In this document: in pieces, positions 56,929 to 58,962 of the stretch
How positions within the stretch are numbered: position 1 is the first letter of the stretch
How the letters are laid out: each line of letters starts with the position of its first letter
DNA from: Burkholderiales bacterium
GTDB taxonomy: Bacteria > Pseudomonadota > Gammaproteobacteria > Burkholderiales > SG8-39
Length of the DNA stretch: 58,962 bases
Assembly: GCA_036496555.1 (NCBI GenBank)
Contig: DASXKY010000069.1
Coordinates: 1-58,962, forward strand
Direction: 5' to 3'
Notes under the pieces: generated by a model
Database searches by the model: none
The model's input: only the letters and a program-made list of their open reading frames with translations
Told to the model about the DNA's origin: nothing
Translations under genes and position numbers: made by a program

Positions 56929-57651
56929 ATGACGCAGCTGACCGCGCAGAGCCTGCGCAAGCGCTACAAGTCGCGCACCGTCGTGCAGGACGTGTCGCTC
57001 GACGTGCAGAGCGGCGAAGTGGTCGGGCTGCTCGGCCCGAACGGCGCCGGCAAGACGACCTGCTTCTACATGATCGTCGGTCTGGTGCCGGCGGATGCGG
57101 GCAGCATCCACCTTGACCAGATGGAGCTGACGCACCTGCCGATTCACCGTCGCGCGCGCCTCGGCATCTCCTACCTGCCGCAGGAGAACTCGGTGTTCCG
57201 CCGCCTCACCGTCGAGGAGAACGTGCAGGCGATCCTCGAGCTGCAGGGGCACGAGCGCGGCGAGATCGAGGAGCGCCTCGCGCAGCTCCTCAAGGACCTC
57301 AACATCGCGCACCTGCGCAAGCACACCGCCATCTCGCTCTCCGGCGGGGAACGGCGACGCCTCGAGATCGCGCGCGCGCTCGGCACCAAGCCGGCCTTCA
57401 TCCTGCTCGACGAGCCTTTCGCCGGCGTCGATCCGATCGCGGTCCTCGACATCCAGAGGATTATTAGGTTCCTCAAGGAGCGCGGCATCGGGGTGCTCAT
57501 AACAGACCATAACGTGCGCGAAACACTCGGCATCTGCGATCGCGCGTACATTATCAATGAGGGGGCCGTGCTCGCTTCGGGCCATCCCGAGGAGATTGTC
57601 TATAATGACAGCGTTCGCCGAGTATATCTGGGCGAGAATTTCCGCATGTAG
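56929..57651 (+). CDS. lptB: LPS export ABC transporter ATP-binding protein LptB
   Basis: Walker [10 protein letters not shown], signature LSGGERRR, Walker [12 protein letters not shown]. 240 aa, immediately upstream of rpoN. Confidence 0.95.
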   Translation: MTQLTAQSLRKRYKSRTVVQDVSLDVQSGEVVGLLGPNGAGKTTCFYMIVGLVPADAGSIHLDQMELTHLPIHRRARLGISYLPQENSVFRRLTVEENVQAILELQGHERGEIEERLAQLLKDLNIAHLRKHTAISLSGGERRRLEIARALGTKPAFILLDEPFAGVDPIAVLDIQRIIRFLKERGIGVLITDHNVRETLGICDRAYIINEGAVLASGHPEEIVYNDSVRRVYLGENFRM

Positions 57652-57670
57652 TGCTTATTGCTGTTCCTAA

Positions 57671-58962
57671 ATGAAGCCTTCGCTTCAATTCCGGCTCTCT
57701 CAGCATCTCACCCTCACGCCGCAGCTGCAGCAATCGATTCGGCTGCTGCAGTTGTCGACGGTCGAGCTCAACCAGGAGATCGACCGCCTGCTGATGGATA
57801 ACCCTGCGCTCGAGCGCGAGGACGCCGAGGAGGGCGGCGCGGAGGCGCCGGCGCCGCCGCCCGTCGCGGGCAGCAGTTCCGCCACCGCGCCCGCCGAGCC
57901 GACGCCTGCGGAGACCGACTGGTCGGCCGACATCGCCTCCAACTGGCGCGGCGACTCGGGCGAGGAGGAGGACGGCGACCGCAACTTCGGCGCCGCCGAG
58001 ATGCCGACGCTGCGCGACCACCTGCGCGCGCAGCTCTCGCTCACCAACCTGTCGGAGCGCGACCGCGCGCTGGTCGAGCTGGTGATCGACGCGCTCGACG
58101 AGGACGGCTACCTCACGCAACCGCTCGAGGAGATCGCCGCGCTGCTGCCGGCGGAGCTCGAGATCGAGGCCGAGGAGCTCGCCATCGCGCTGCGCCACCT
58201 GCAGAACCTCGAGCCGGCCGGCGTCGGCGCGCGCTCGCCCGGCGAATGCCTTTGCCTTCAGCTGCGCGTGCCGTGCGAGGGCGACGACGCCCCCTCCCAT
58301 GTTCTCGCGCTGCAGATCGCCGAGAAACATCTCGATCTCCTCGCCAAGAGCGACTACACGCGCCTTAAGAGCGTCACCGGCGCCAACGAAGAAACGCTGC
58401 GCGAGGCGCAGCGCCTGATCAAGACGCTCAATCCGCGTCCGGGCGCCGCCTTCGCGCGCATCGAGGCGCGCTACGTGATCCCGGACGTGGTCGTGCGCAA
58501 GCACAAGAGCGTGTGGAAGGCGAGCCTCAACCCGGACGCGATGCCGCGCCTGCGCATCAACCGCCTGTACGCGGAGCTCGCCGCGGGGGCGCGCGCCGGC
58601 GGTGCCTCGGTCTCCTCGCAGCTACAGGAGGCGCGCTGGCTGATCAAGAACGTGCAGCAGCGCTTCGACACCATCCTGCGCGTGTCGCAGGCGATCGTCG
58701 ACCGCCAGCGCCACTTCCTGGAGCACGGCGAAGTGGCAATGCGGCCCTTGGTGCTGCGTGAAATCGCCGGCCTGCTCGGCCTGCACGAGAGCACCATCTC
58801 GCGCGTCACCACGCAGAAGTTCATGGCGACGCCGCGCGGCACCTTCGAGCTGAAGTACTTCTTCGGCAGCCACGTCGCCACCGAGGCGGGCGGCGCCGCC
58901 TCCTCGACCGCGATCCGCGCGCTGATCAAGCAGCTGGTCGGCGCCGAGAACGCCAAGGAGCC
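57671..58962 (+). CDS. rpoN: RNA polymerase sigma-54 factor, 3' end outside window
   Basis: ATG 57671 translates to [38 protein letters not shown] (region I). The frame is open to the window end. It is not in the ORF track because no stop is reached. Confidence 0.95.
   Translation, partial: MKPSLQFRLSQHLTLTPQLQQSIRLLQLSTVELNQEIDRLLMDNPALEREDAEEGGAEAPAPPPVAGSSSATAPAEPTPAETDWSADIASNWRGDSGEEEDGDRNFGAAEMPTLRDHLRAQLSLTNLSERDRALVELVIDALDEDGYLTQPLEEIAALLPAELEIEAEELAIALRHLQNLEPAGVGARSPGECLCLQLRVPCEGDDAPSHVLALQIAEKHLDLLAKSDYTRLKSVTGANEETLREAQRLIKTLNPRPGAAFARIEARYVIPDVVVRKHKSVWKASLNPDAMPRLRINRLYAELAAGARAGGASVSSQLQEARWLIKNVQQRFDTILRVSQAIVDRQRHFLEHGEVAMRPLVLREIAGLLGLHESTISRVTTQKFMATPRGTFELKYFFGSHVATEAGGAASSTAIRALIKQLVGAENAKE

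Overview
This is a very GC-rich chromosomal window. Its gene order looks betaproteobacterial (Burkholderiales or Rhodocyclales style), which is an inference from synteny only. Most of it is tightly packed housekeeping DNA. From left to right: a partial SDR gene, an Ada/Ogt-type fusion, an EamA transporter, fadH, a small DUF2917/CofD-like/secreted-protein trio, aceE, cspA, an MHYT hybrid sensor kinase, tRNA-Thr(UGU), sspBA, petCBA (cytochrome bc1), a DegS/AlgW-like protease and a 3-hydroxybutyrate-oligomer hydrolase-like lipoprotein. Then come tatCBA, a HIT gene, a complete hisEIFAHBCDG block, murA, ibaG, an ABC-2 exporter and mlaBCADEF. At the right end are a CPA2 antiporter, kdsDC, lptCAB and the 5' part of rpoN. 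The one clearly accessory-looking region is about 19 kb (33373-52310). It is an MSHA/T2SS-like type IV pilus locus: an ExeA/MshM-like ATPase with a SPOR-like tail, a lipoprotein secretin, a GspB-like/TPR protein, an MshE-type ATPase, a GspF platform protein, PilM/N-, PilO- and PilP-like proteins, and three pilin-like proteins. It is bracketed by a sigma-54 activator, a polytopic histidine kinase, and the two halves of an ABC transporter. A near-consensus sigma-54 promoter sits in front of the major pilin gene. I found no CRISPR array, transposase, integrase or prophage. The many long ORFs antisense to these genes are high-GC artefacts. All functional calls come from motif recognition by eye, because no database searches were possible.
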